This document shows, in pieces, positions 16,700-26,121 of a stretch of DNA of 64,000 nt; the stretch's first letter is position 1; each line of letters starts with the position of its first letter. The notes beneath the pieces were generated by a model. That model did not search any database. It was not told the DNA's origin and saw only the letters and a program-made list of their open reading frames with translations. A program made the position numbers and the translations under genes. This stretch comes from Minisyncoccia bacterium (GTDB lineage: Bacteria; Patescibacteriota; Minisyncoccia; UBA6257; GWB1-50-10): contig JBEKVQ010000002.1 in assembly GCA_049997815.1 (NCBI GenBank), positions 10,483 to 74,482 of the forward strand. The letters are read 5' to 3'.

Positions 16700-17143
16700 T
16701 TACTCTCGGAGGGCGCGTTCGATCTCCTTCTTGGTCTCTCTCTTCCTGATGATTTCACGCTTATCCGATTTCTTGAGGGGTTTGCCCAATCCTAGTTTGA
16801 TTTTGATAAGGCCGCGCTTAGTGTAGACCTCGAGCGGCAGGAGCGTCAAACCCTTCTCATGAAGCTTGCCCGAAAGGTAGCTCGTCTCTTTTTTGGTGAG
16901 CAAAAGCCGCCGGGAGCGCGCCGGGTCATATTCTTTTGGGGTGTTCTTGGGTTGATAGGGCGGGATGTGGGAATTCAAAAGCCACACCTCGTTATGGCGG
17001 ATGACCGCGTAGCTGCCCGCTATCTGCATGTGGCCGTTTTTGACGGCTTTTACCTCGTAGCCCTTCAGTTCTATGCCCGCCTCGAACTTCTCCTCTATCT
17101 CGTAATCGAAGTTCGCGCGCTTGTTGAATGCCAAAGACGACAT
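16700..17143 (-). CDS. smpB: SsrA-binding protein
   Basis: FNKRANFDYEIEEKFEAGIELKGYEVK...IAGSYAVI...LLLTKKE is a characteristic SmpB sequence. Confidence 0.9.
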   Translation of the reverse strand: MSSLAFNKRANFDYEIEEKFEAGIELKGYEVKAVKNGHMQIAGSYAVIRHNEVWLLNSHIPPYQPKNTPKEYDPARSRRLLLTKKETSYLSGKLHEKGLTLLPLEVYTKRGLIKIKLGLGKPLKKSDKREIIRKRETKKEIERALRE

Positions 17144-17188
17144 GTTTATATTCTAGCGATTTTTTATACAAAAAGGTAAATTTACACT

Positions 17189-18229
17189 ATGAGCATAGAA
17201 GGGAAAACGCATTTTGAGCGGGTCATTGGTGGAACTCAGGAAGATAGGGATAAAGCGTTGCAAGAGCTTCAGGAAATGTTTGAGAACAAGTCCGAGGTAT
17301 TGATGAAACACGAACTTGAGAAGACCGAGGAAGATATAGATATAATCAATAGGACCGCTTCGATTGTGGATGAAATCGTGTCCGAATACGGCGGGGAACC
17401 TAAAGCCATACCCATCGACAAGATCCACATTCTGAAACCGAACAGCGTTTATGAAATGACTGGTGGGAAACTTGCCTCTGGTATCCATAAGGCCCTTAGT
17501 CAGAATATCGGGGTTGAAAAAAGAGAATCTAACCTCCTGTTTTCCGGTTCTATCGCCCACGAACTTTTTCACTCAAAATCCTACAAATCCGCCAGAATCG
17601 ATAACCCAAGCGAGGGCGCACGGCTGTATCGTTTTGGCATTTCCATGACGGGTAAGAGGAATGCAGATACGGAAGCCGAAGAAGAAAGGTGGTATTTCAG
17701 CGTACTAGAAGAAGCAATCGTTTCGGAGTGTACGAATAAGTTTTTTGATCGGGTAAGGCCCGATTCGTTGTTTGCCGACGAAATAAAAGCATCCGACATG
17801 ATACGGGCATGGATCACGGATTTTTATCGCAAATCCGGGATGCCGGAAGAAAGGATAAAGTTAATCAGCGACGAATTAAAAAGTGTGCCGGGCGCTCAAG
17901 AGATCGTAGAGCGGACCCTGTCTTATTCTGAAAGAGAGGAACAAAGATCTGCTTTTGCCGCCGGGATAATAGGTCGGCTGGTTGAAGATAAAAAAATTGA
18001 GGGATTGGGTAGATATGAAGAAAGGACAAAATTATACAAGTTGCTTGATGAGATCATAGAGAAGTCGGGTGGGGAGTTTAAGGAAAGAGAGGAAATTTTC
18101 GCCGAGTTCGCAAAAGCAAATTTCAGCGGCAAATACTTTAAAATAGCTCGCATTATCGAGGGAGTGTTGGGAGAGGGCTCATTCAGGCGCCTAGCGGAAG
18201 AGTTTTCTACTAAACCCAAGAGGGTTTAA
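17189..18229 (+). CDS. hypothetical protein with an HExxH motif (IAHELFH)
   Basis: Possible metalloprotease-like motif; the rest is Glu/Lys-rich helical sequence. No family recognised. Confidence 0.35.
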   Translation: MSIEGKTHFERVIGGTQEDRDKALQELQEMFENKSEVLMKHELEKTEEDIDIINRTASIVDEIVSEYGGEPKAIPIDKIHILKPNSVYEMTGGKLASGIHKALSQNIGVEKRESNLLFSGSIAHELFHSKSYKSARIDNPSEGARLYRFGISMTGKRNADTEAEEERWYFSVLEEAIVSECTNKFFDRVRPDSLFADEIKASDMIRAWITDFYRKSGMPEERIKLISDELKSVPGAQEIVERTLSYSEREEQRSAFAAGIIGRLVEDKKIEGLGRYEERTKLYKLLDEIIEKSGGEFKEREEIFAEFAKANFSGKYFKIARIIEGVLGEGSFRRLAEEFSTKPKRV

Positions 18230-18320
18230 GTCTGTTTTTATGCATTCTGGATTTATTCGCCTTTCTGGGGTTAGAATCTAAATAGGTCATCACAATCCAC
18301 CGGAAAGGAGAAAACGGGTT

Positions 18321-18494
18321 ATGAGACCGCAAAAATCCTTACCCACACAACGGCTGGCATCAGATCCGGGCACCGTTAAAAAGCTGAATGCGATAATCAG
18401 CAGAACCGATCGAATGCTCACGTCGAAAAAATTCCGCAAGTCCAAGAGGGCGACGGAAGGAATATGTGTGGATCTCAGAACAGAAAGGAGGTAG
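18321..18494 (+). CDS. small basic ORF (57 aa), below the ORF-track cutoff, with a strong ribosome-binding site
   Basis: GGAAAGGAGAAAA lies 7 nt upstream of the ATG. Translation MRPQKSLPTQRLASDPGTVKKLNAIISRTDRMLTSKKFRKSKRATEGICVDLRTERR is Lys/Arg-rich. Uncertain whether it is real. Confidence 0.25.
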   Translation: MRPQKSLPTQRLASDPGTVKKLNAIISRTDRMLTSKKFRKSKRATEGICVDLRTERR

Positions 18495-18597
18495 CGATGT
18501 CTCAGCGTTATCCCACCATATAGGAACCGCACGTTCTATGAATGTATGCGGTTTTCTGTTTCTGGCGATTTTTTTCATAAAGGATTAAATTTAAATC

Positions 18598-20190
18598 ATG
18601 AGCGTTCGCGATGCCATCGCTTCCCATCTCGTTAAAGTCGTACCGAAAGGAACGGTGATAGACCTGCGCGTGCCGGACGAAAACCAAACGGCGCACTATG
18701 CGACCAGCGTTGCTTTCAAGCTCGCGAAGGGAGAAGGAAAGAATCCCCGCGAGGTCGGGGAGAAAATAGTACTCGCCCTTTTGGAATCGGCCCCGGCGGA
18801 ATTCTTCGACCGGGTGGAGGTGACCGGCCCCGGTTTCATCAACTTCTGGCTCAGCCAAGAAACGTTGAATGCGGAGCTAGAGAAGATAATCAAGGAAGGT
18901 AAAAAGTACGGCACGAGCAGAATTCTTAAGGATAAAATTCAGCTGGAATTCATCTCGGCCAATCCCACGGGGCCGCTTACGCTCGCGAACGGCCGGGGAG
19001 GGTTTTTGGGCGACGTGCTGGGAAACGTTTTGAAGGCCGCGGGCGCGGATGTGGAAAAGGAGTACTACGTAAACGATACCGGCAATCAGGTTTTAACATT
19101 CGGCAAATCAATCCTCGCTGCGCGGGGAATCATCAAAGACGAGCAAGATTTTTACAAAGGTGGCTATGTTAACGACTGGGCGAAGAAGAATTCCAAAATC
19201 GTCGCCAAGCTGAAAGACAAACCCCTGGAATTAGGCGAGCGGGCGGCCAAGGACATTTTGAAGAAGATAAAGACCGACATTGAGAAAAAAGCGAAGATAA
19301 AATTCGACCGCTATACGTCCGAAAAGAAAATCCATCAATTGAAATTGCCGGGCAAGATTCTCCAAATCTTCGAAAAAGGTGGGTGGGCGTATGAACAAGA
19401 TGGCGCCGTATGGCTCAAGACGACAGCGTTCGGGGACGATAAGGATAGGGTTCTAATAACAAGCAAGGATAAGTTCCCCACTTATCTTCTGGCCGATGCC
19501 GGCCACTATCTGGAGACCAAGAAGCGCGGCTTCGATACGAAGATAAACATCTTGGGGCCGGATCACTATGGCTATGTGAAAAGAATTCAGGCCGTGGCCC
19601 GAATTCTGAAGTTCAAGAAATCCGAAGTACTTATCACACAGGCCATTCGCCTGATGCGCGACGGGCAGGAATTCAAGATGTCCAAACGGAAAGGAGAGTT
19701 CGTCACATTTGAGGACCTGGTTAGCGAGGTCGGAATGGATTCGGCGCGCTTCTTTTTCCTGATGATTGCGCCCGAGACGCATATGGATTTCGATATGAAT
19801 CTGGCGAAGGAGCGCTCTAACAAAAATCCCGTTTTCTATTTGCAGTACGCCTATGTGCGGGCGAATAACATTTTGAAGAAAGCCAAAGCGCTGGCGGCCC
19901 AAAAGGCCGACCTGAAATTGTTGAATACCGAAGCCGACGTGAAGCTCATCCGGACGCTCGCTCAACTGCCAGAAGTTATCGCGGATACGGCTAATGATTA
20001 TCAGGTTCACCGGCTTACCCGCTATGCACTTGGATTGGCCGGAGATTTCCATAATTTTTATGAGAAGGAAAGGGTGCTCGACGAACCGAAAGACATCGCC
20101 GCCGCGCGCTACAAACTGGTGAAAGCGACGGCGATCATTCTTGAAGATCTTTTCGGCATTTTAGGCATCACGAAATTGAAGAAGATGTAG
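18598..20190 (+). CDS. argS: arginyl-tRNA synthetase
   Basis: SANPTGPL..., the MSKRKG (KMSKS-like) motif of ArgRS, and a DALR anticodon-binding C-terminus. The HIGH motif is degenerate (LTLANGRGG). Confidence 0.9.
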   Translation: MSVRDAIASHLVKVVPKGTVIDLRVPDENQTAHYATSVAFKLAKGEGKNPREVGEKIVLALLESAPAEFFDRVEVTGPGFINFWLSQETLNAELEKIIKEGKKYGTSRILKDKIQLEFISANPTGPLTLANGRGGFLGDVLGNVLKAAGADVEKEYYVNDTGNQVLTFGKSILAARGIIKDEQDFYKGGYVNDWAKKNSKIVAKLKDKPLELGERAAKDILKKIKTDIEKKAKIKFDRYTSEKKIHQLKLPGKILQIFEKGGWAYEQDGAVWLKTTAFGDDKDRVLITSKDKFPTYLLADAGHYLETKKRGFDTKINILGPDHYGYVKRIQAVARILKFKKSEVLITQAIRLMRDGQEFKMSKRKGEFVTFEDLVSEVGMDSARFFFLMIAPETHMDFDMNLAKERSNKNPVFYLQYAYVRANNILKKAKALAAQKADLKLLNTEADVKLIRTLAQLPEVIADTANDYQVHRLTRYALGLAGDFHNFYEKERVLDEPKDIAAARYKLVKATAIILEDLFGILGITKLKKM

Positions 20191-20275
20191 TCATTGACTT
20201 CTTTTCGGAATTAGTCCATACTATTTGCAAGTTCGCTCGTTCACATTTTTCATACACCAACTTAGGGGAGGTCCA

Positions 20276-20614
20276 ATGCACGACACTGGAAACGAAGAAT
20301 ACACATCCATAATGTTCTCGCCTATAGGTGGGGAATTTGGGAAAAACGCATGCAAAACCTGTTTTCGCTCTCTAGATGATGTTCTAGAGGGTGGGATGAG
20401 AGCAGGAATGGCTGGCGGAAGGGAAGACAAACAAGAGCTTCTGATTTCGCTGATGAGCGTGGATGGTCCGGATGAGGAATCGAAAAAGAAACAGAAGTTG
20501 TCGCTGCTGCTTTCCTGGTTAAATAAAGGCAAGAAGCACGATGAAATCGTGAGATGCCCGGAGTGTCACGGAATCCTCCAACTTGACGAAGAGGTCGGAG
20601 AACCAGAAGAGTGA
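20276..20614 (+). CDS. hypothetical protein with a C-terminal zinc-ribbon (CKTC ... CPECHG)
   Basis: Start moved to the ATG 12 nt after AGGGGAGG. Two CxxC pairs. Confidence 0.4.
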   Translation: MHDTGNEEYTSIMFSPIGGEFGKNACKTCFRSLDDVLEGGMRAGMAGGREDKQELLISLMSVDGPDEESKKKQKLSLLLSWLNKGKKHDEIVRCPECHGILQLDEEVGEPEE

Positions 20615-20636
20615 CCGTGCGCGTCGAATTTTAAAG

Positions 20637-20671
20637 GCCGTTCCCGTTTGGTTGGGAACGGCTGGTTTTTT
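20637..20671 (+). terminator. rho-independent terminator (GCCGTTCCC-guuugguu-GGGAACGGC followed by UGGUUUUUU)
   Basis: Perfect 9-bp stem followed by a U-run, between the 20276-20614 ORF and ileS. Confidence 0.6.
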
Positions 20672-20712
20672 GCCAATAACCCGCATTTTTAATAGAATAA
20701 CCATATCCTCAG

Positions 20713-23700
20713 ATGTTAAAGAAACTGGATAAATTTTCCCTTCCGGAGATAGAGGAAAAAGTTCTGGAATTTTGGAAAACCGACAAAATCTTCGAAAAAT
20801 CTTTGACCAAGCGGGCCAAGGGCAAGAAATTCGTCTTCTACGAGGGCCCGCCGTCGGCGAATGCCCGGCCGGGCTTTCATCATATTCTCGCCCGTGTTTT
20901 CAAGGACGCCATTCCGCGCTTCAAGACAATGCGGGGTTTCTACGTGGCGCGGAGGGCCGGGTGGGATACCCATGGGCTTCCGATCGAGGTGCAGACGGAG
21001 AAAACGCTTGGTTTTAAGAACAAGCAGGACATCGAGCATTACGGAATAGCCAAGTTTAACCAGAAGTGCCGGGAGCTCGTCTGGCTCTACAAGGACGAAT
21101 GGGAAAAATTGACCGAGCGGATGGGCTTTTGGATAGACCTCAAAAGTCCCTATATTACCTACGAAAATTCTTACATCGAATCCGTCTGGAACATCCTAAA
21201 ACACGTCTGGGACAAGAAACTTTTGTATGAGGGCCACAAGGTGGTGCCGTGGTGTCCGCGGTGCGGAACGGGGCTTTCTTCGCATGAGTTGGCGCTGGGA
21301 TATAAGGAGGTCACGGATACATCCGTTTACATAAAATTCAAACTGAAACCGGGACAGAAATTCGGCAAATACACGGCGAAGGACTCGGCTTACATTCTGT
21401 CTTGGACGACAACCCCGTGGACCCTGCCGGGGAATATCGCGCTCGCAGTGGGAGAAAAAATCCCCTACACCGCGCTTCGCGTGAGGGGGACGAAAGAGCT
21501 CTATATTCTTGCGAGTGAGCTTATAAAAACCGTTTTTAAAGACCAAGAAATTGAGATCGTGCATGAAGACATAAAAGGCAAGGATCTGATCGATCTTGAA
21601 TACGAACCGCTTTTCGACATTCCGGCGCTGAGATCAAAAACATCGTACAGGATTTATAATGCGAAGTTCGTGACGACGACTGATGGCACGGGCGTGGTGC
21701 ACACGGCCGTGATGTACGGCGAGGACGACTACAATCTCGGAAAGGAAGTCGGCTTGCCGCAAGTCCACACGGTGGATGAGCAGGGAAGGTTCACGAAAGA
21801 CGTGAAGGGATTTGCCGGAATGTTCGTGAAGGCGAAAGAGACGGAGGATAAGGTAATTGAATATTTGAAATCCAGAAATCTTCTCTTGAGAACCGAGCCC
21901 TATAAGCATGAGTATCCCTTTTGCTGGCGTTGCGGTACCCCGCTTTTGTACTATGCCCGCGATTCATGGTTCATTTCGATGTCGAAGCTCCGCGCGCAGC
22001 TTCTCGCGGCGAACAATAAGGTCAACTGGATACCGGAAAATATCAAGGACGGTCGCTTCGGCGAATGGCTGAAAGACGTGAAAGATTGGGCCATCTCCCG
22101 AGAGCGCTACTGGGGTACGCCGTTGCCCATCTGGGTCTGCGAAAAGTGCGGGCACAAGAAATGCATCGGAAGCATTGCGGAATTGGAGGAAGGCCGGAAG
22201 AAGAGCTCGAACCGCTATATATTAGTGCGTCACGGTGAAGCGGAGAACAACCTGGAAAATATCATTGACCACGTCTTCGAGAAATCCCGCTCCAATCTCA
22301 CGCTTAAGGGACATACCCAGATTGATAGGCTGGGCAAGAAGTTTTCAAAAGAGAAGATAGACGCTATTTTTGCCTCGGATTTTCCGCGCACTAAGCAGAC
22401 GGCCGACATTTTGGCCTCGGCCTTGGGGGTAAAAAAAGTAAATCTCGACAAGCGATTAAGAGAAGCCGATCTGGGAATTTTGGAAGGTCACCAGGCATAC
22501 GAATATCACAAGTTTTATCCGGACGACATGGAAAAATTTGCGAACCCGCCGGAGGGTGGAGAGAGCCTGAATCAATTGAGAGGACGCCTTAATGATTTTA
22601 TAGAAGAAAGAGAAAAAGAGTTTTCCGGAAAGACCATCTTAGTCGTGAGCCATGAATACCCAATTTGGATGTTTGCGAGCATTCTCGAGGGTTGGGGCAA
22701 CCGCGAGGCGGTCGAGGAAAAACATCGGCGCGGAGAGGATTTTATAGACAGAGGCGAGGCGCAGGAATACCGCTTTCATAATTTGCCGAGAAATGACAAC
22801 GGTGAGATGGATATTCACCGCCCCTATTTGGATGATATAAAATTCGTCTGTGGAAAGTGCGGCGGAAAGATGGAACGCGTGAAAGAGGTGATTGATGTAT
22901 GGTTCGACTCCGGCGCGATGCCGTTCGCGCAGGACCACTGGCCGTTCTCCAAAGACCGAAAGCTGGATTATCCGGCGGACTTTATCTCCGAGGCGATGGA
23001 CCAGACCCGCGGCTGGTTCTACACTCTCCTCGCCATAGGCGTTCTAATGGGTAAAAACAGCCCCTACAGGAACGTTATCTGCCTGGGACTCATATTGGAT
23101 AAGAACGGCCAAAAGATGTCCAAATCCAAGGGAAACGTCGTGGACCCGTGGGAGATGATGAAGAAGCATGGCGTAGACGCCATCCGCTGGTACTTTTATA
23201 CCGTTAATCCGCCGGGCGAACCGAAGAAGTTCGACGAACTCGAACTTACAAAAACCTCCCGTCAGCTCTTCTCTTTGCTTTATAACTCGTTCGTATTTTT
23301 CGAAACATACAAAAGTAAGAATTCAAAATTCAAAATTCAAAATTTGAAATTCACGAACGTGCTGGATAAATGGATTTTGAGTCGCCTGAACGAAACGATT
23401 GATGTAGCCACTAAGAGATTGAATGAATATGCAATCGGAGATGCGGGGCGGGTGATGGAGAATTTCATCGGCGACCTTTCACGGTGGTATATCCGCCGTT
23501 CCCGGAGGCGTTTTCAGAAGCCGGATGATGGGAAGGATTACGCGGCGGCCTCAAGCGTGCTGGGCTATGTGCTTTTGGAAACGAGCAAGCTCATGGCGCC
23601 TCTTGCCCCGTTCTTTGCCGAAGCGCTCTATAAGTCGCTCTCAGATGACGAGTCCGTCCATCTGGCCGATTGGCCGAAGGTGGATAAGAAACTCGTGGAG

Positions 23701-24207
23701 AGAAAGCTCTCCGCAGCGATGGAAGAAGTGAGGGGTATCGCAAGCGCGGTTCTCTCGAAGCGGGCCGAGGTTGGGATTAAGGTTCGCCAGCCGCTTCAGA
23801 CGCTAAAAATCAAGGATATTAAATTAAAAATACAGAAAGAATTGCTAGGTATCCTAAAGGACGAGGTAAACGTGAAAGATGTGAAGTTCGATGCCAAGCT
23901 AAAGACCGACTTCGAGCTGGATACCCGGATAACCCACGAACTCAAAGAGGAGGGAATTCTGCGGGAGCTTATCCGCACCATTCAAGACCTACGCCAGGAT
24001 GCGAAGATGAAACCGCAGGACATCGTTCTACTTTTTCTTGACGGTCCCGATGAATTGAAAATGATTGTCTCAAAGTTCGGCGAGCTCTTAAAGAAAGAGG
24101 TGAAAGCGAAGAGAATCGAATTAGGAAAGCCGCCCAGATTTGATGCGGAGATTGAAACTAGGATAGAAGAAATGCCGGTTTGGGTGGGGATTAAAAAGGC
24201 GAACTAG
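20713..24207 (+). CDS. ileS: isoleucyl-tRNA synthetase carrying an inserted histidine-phosphatase (PGAM-like) domain of about 205 aa
   Basis: WTTTPWTLPGN, KMSKSKGN and the zinc knuckles CEKCGH / CGKCGG are all present. Between them (aa 495-700 or so; nt 22195-22809) sits RYILVRHGEAENN...LKGHTQIDRLG...SDFPRTKQTA...ILVVSHEYPIWM, which looks like a complete RHG/His phosphatase fold. Total 1164 aa. Confidence 0.9.
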   Translation: MLKKLDKFSLPEIEEKVLEFWKTDKIFEKSLTKRAKGKKFVFYEGPPSANARPGFHHILARVFKDAIPRFKTMRGFYVARRAGWDTHGLPIEVQTEKTLGFKNKQDIEHYGIAKFNQKCRELVWLYKDEWEKLTERMGFWIDLKSPYITYENSYIESVWNILKHVWDKKLLYEGHKVVPWCPRCGTGLSSHELALGYKEVTDTSVYIKFKLKPGQKFGKYTAKDSAYILSWTTTPWTLPGNIALAVGEKIPYTALRVRGTKELYILASELIKTVFKDQEIEIVHEDIKGKDLIDLEYEPLFDIPALRSKTSYRIYNAKFVTTTDGTGVVHTAVMYGEDDYNLGKEVGLPQVHTVDEQGRFTKDVKGFAGMFVKAKETEDKVIEYLKSRNLLLRTEPYKHEYPFCWRCGTPLLYYARDSWFISMSKLRAQLLAANNKVNWIPENIKDGRFGEWLKDVKDWAISRERYWGTPLPIWVCEKCGHKKCIGSIAELEEGRKKSSNRYILVRHGEAENNLENIIDHVFEKSRSNLTLKGHTQIDRLGKKFSKEKIDAIFASDFPRTKQTADILASALGVKKVNLDKRLREADLGILEGHQAYEYHKFYPDDMEKFANPPEGGESLNQLRGRLNDFIEEREKEFSGKTILVVSHEYPIWMFASILEGWGNREAVEEKHRRGEDFIDRGEAQEYRFHNLPRNDNGEMDIHRPYLDDIKFVCGKCGGKMERVKEVIDVWFDSGAMPFAQDHWPFSKDRKLDYPADFISEAMDQTRGWFYTLLAIGVLMGKNSPYRNVICLGLILDKNGQKMSKSKGNVVDPWEMMKKHGVDAIRWYFYTVNPPGEPKKFDELELTKTSRQLFSLLYNSFVFFETYKSKNSKFKIQNLKFTNVLDKWILSRLNETIDVATKRLNEYAIGDAGRVMENFIGDLSRWYIRRSRRRFQKPDDGKDYAAASSVLGYVLLETSKLMAPLAPFFAEALYKSLSDDESVHLADWPKVDKKLVERKLSAAMEEVRGIASAVLSKRAEVGIKVRQPLQTLKIKDIKLKIQKELLGILKDEVNVKDVKFDAKLKTDFELDTRITHELKEEGILRELIRTIQDLRQDAKMKPQDIVLLFLDGPDELKMIVSKFGELLKKEVKAKRIELGKPPRFDAEIETRIEEMPVWVGIKKAN

Positions 24208-25061
24208 AACCTTCTCAATTGCGAGGCGATTCCGTAAAATACATTATCGCGCTCGTCCTTGTCTTCTCTGGTTAGGCCCCTTTCCTGCCTCTCTTTTAAT
24301 TTTTGTCCGTAGATTTTTTCTAGGATCCCGATATCGCGGTCGTATATCTCAACAATTTCTTTCTTACCGAGGTTTTCAGCGTGCCTTCTGAAGGTTTTTA
24401 GTTCGATCACCGCCTCCTCAAGGATTTGGAGTTGTATCCAGTGGTTGCCGAGAGCTTTTTTGTCTCCTGCCAGCCATAATTCGCCCAGCTCTCTTATGGT
24501 CTTTGCCTCAGCCCCGATTATGACTCGGGGGATGTGAGGAAGTTTCTGTGGTGGAGTATTTTTGGACACGAAGTACTTAACCTGGGTCAATTGGCCGCTT
24601 TCGATTTCTTGTTTTACCCTATTGAATTGCTGTTCCACTGTGTCGGTGCTAAGAGTCACGTCAATACCCAACGCTAGATAAGATGGGACTGTTTGGGGTT
24701 CTTTCTCAAATTCGACCACCGTATCAACGCCATTCTTGATTTTATCGAAGCGCGACGCATTAACGGCGGAAGCATCCCCGCCGAACAAGTTGCCCGCTTC
24801 ACTTTGTTGATTCACGATGACCTTAAAGAGCGTATTTAATCTATTCCCAACCGTCCCCTCCGCCCCGTTCCTCTCAGCGAACTCCTTTTCCTTTCTAACG
24901 ACGAAATCTTTATCGTTGGCAATCTCCTCCGTTGTGTAGTCCGGACTGCCGATAAATTCGTCGAGTTTGATCTCCTTCTCCTTCGATTTTAACTCAGCTC
25001 TATCGAGGGCTTTGTTCAGGTCGATTTCCTCGAGATTTCGTGCCTCGTAGTTTAATGTCAT
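24204..25061 (-). CDS. hypothetical protein
   Basis: 285-aa ORF convergent with ileS and overlapping it by 4 nt. No motif recognised. Confidence 0.4.
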   Translation of the reverse strand: MTLNYEARNLEEIDLNKALDRAELKSKEKEIKLDEFIGSPDYTTEEIANDKDFVVRKEKEFAERNGAEGTVGNRLNTLFKVIVNQQSEAGNLFGGDASAVNASRFDKIKNGVDTVVEFEKEPQTVPSYLALGIDVTLSTDTVEQQFNRVKQEIESGQLTQVKYFVSKNTPPQKLPHIPRVIIGAEAKTIRELGELWLAGDKKALGNHWIQLQILEEAVIELKTFRRHAENLGKKEIVEIYDRDIGILEKIYGQKLKERQERGLTREDKDERDNVFYGIASQLRRF

Positions 25062-25085
25062 ATTTTCGTGATACCACCAAATGAG

Positions 25086-26072
25086 TTATTTGTAAAGCCC
25101 AATCTTCTTTTTCACTTCCAAAAGCTTTTTTGAAGCCACGGTGTTGGCCTCTTTGTTTCCGGCCGCGACACTCTTATTTATAAGAGTGGTGTTTTTTGAG
25201 AGTTCCTCCTTTTTCTTTTGGAACGGCGTAAGGGTTTTTACTGCGACCTCCGCCAAGTCGCGTTTGAATTGGCCATAGCCCTTGCCGGCGTACTTCTTTT
25301 CGATTTTTGCGCTGGTCTCTCCCGATAGGGCGGAGTAGAGGAGAATCAAATTACCGATCCCTTCCTTACCCTCAATGTCGGCTTTTACCTCACTTCTGGA
25401 GTCCGTGACCGCGCTCATTATTTTTTTGCGGATTGTGTCCGGAGAATCGTCAATGAAAAGGCAGCCAGCCGGGCGGGATTTGGACATTTTCTTTTTTGGC
25501 TCATCCAAACTCATTATCCTTGAGGCCCTGGTCAGAATCGGCTGGGGTTCAATGAACGTTTCTCCGTACTTGTTGTTGAACTTTCTGGCGATGGTTCGGG
25601 TGAACTCCAGGTGCTGGAGCTGGTCGTCACCCACCGGTACGAATTTGGCGTCGTAGAGAATGATATCGGCGGCCATAAGGACGGGGTAGTCAAAAAGCCC
25701 CAGGTTTATGTTTTCCGAGGCGTGTTCGGATTTATCCTTGAATTGCGTCATCCGGCTAAGTTCTCCGAACGGCGTAATGGTATTCAGAATCCAAGCGAGT
25801 TCCGAGTGGGCCGGCACGGCGGATTGGATGAAGATAATAGATTTCTTTGGGTCAATGCCGGCAGCAAGCATATCCAAGACCACATTTTTAATCTGTGCCG
25901 GTTTGTCTTTGGGATTGAAATCCTCCGTGAGCGAATGTAAGTCCGCCACGAAAAAGTAGCACTGGTACTTGCCGGAGTTTTGGAGGTGAACGGCGTTCTT
26001 GAGCATCCCCAAGTAATTGCCGATATGAAGTTTTCCTGTCGGCTGAATGCCGGATACCAAGATTGGTTTCAT
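25086..26072 (-). CDS. trpS: tryptophanyl-tRNA synthetase
   Basis: GIQPTGKLHIGNYLG (HIGH region) and KMSKS. Confidence 0.85.
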   Translation of the reverse strand: MKPILVSGIQPTGKLHIGNYLGMLKNAVHLQNSGKYQCYFFVADLHSLTEDFNPKDKPAQIKNVVLDMLAAGIDPKKSIIFIQSAVPAHSELAWILNTITPFGELSRMTQFKDKSEHASENINLGLFDYPVLMAADIILYDAKFVPVGDDQLQHLEFTRTIARKFNNKYGETFIEPQPILTRASRIMSLDEPKKKMSKSRPAGCLFIDDSPDTIRKKIMSAVTDSRSEVKADIEGKEGIGNLILLYSALSGETSAKIEKKYAGKGYGQFKRDLAEVAVKTLTPFQKKKEELSKNTTLINKSVAAGNKEANTVASKKLLEVKKKIGLYK

Positions 26073-26090
26073 ATGGATTTAGTATAAATG

Positions 26091-26115
26091 AAAAAGCCGC
26101 CTTTTAGAAAGGCGG
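26091..26115 (-). terminator. rho-independent terminator after rnj (stem CCGCCUUU/AAAGGCGG followed by a U-run on the minus strand)
   Basis: Inverted repeat at 26097-26115; the A-run on the plus strand (26091-26095) gives a minus-strand U-tract. Confidence 0.5.
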
Positions 26116-26121
26116 ATTTCT

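Noticed and set aside
22195-22809. Intein inside ileS
   Set aside because: The insert lacks intein splice-junction residues (N-terminal Cys/Ser and C-terminal His-Asn plus Cys/Ser/Thr) and Hint blocks. Instead it carries RHG...H histidine-phosphatase motifs.
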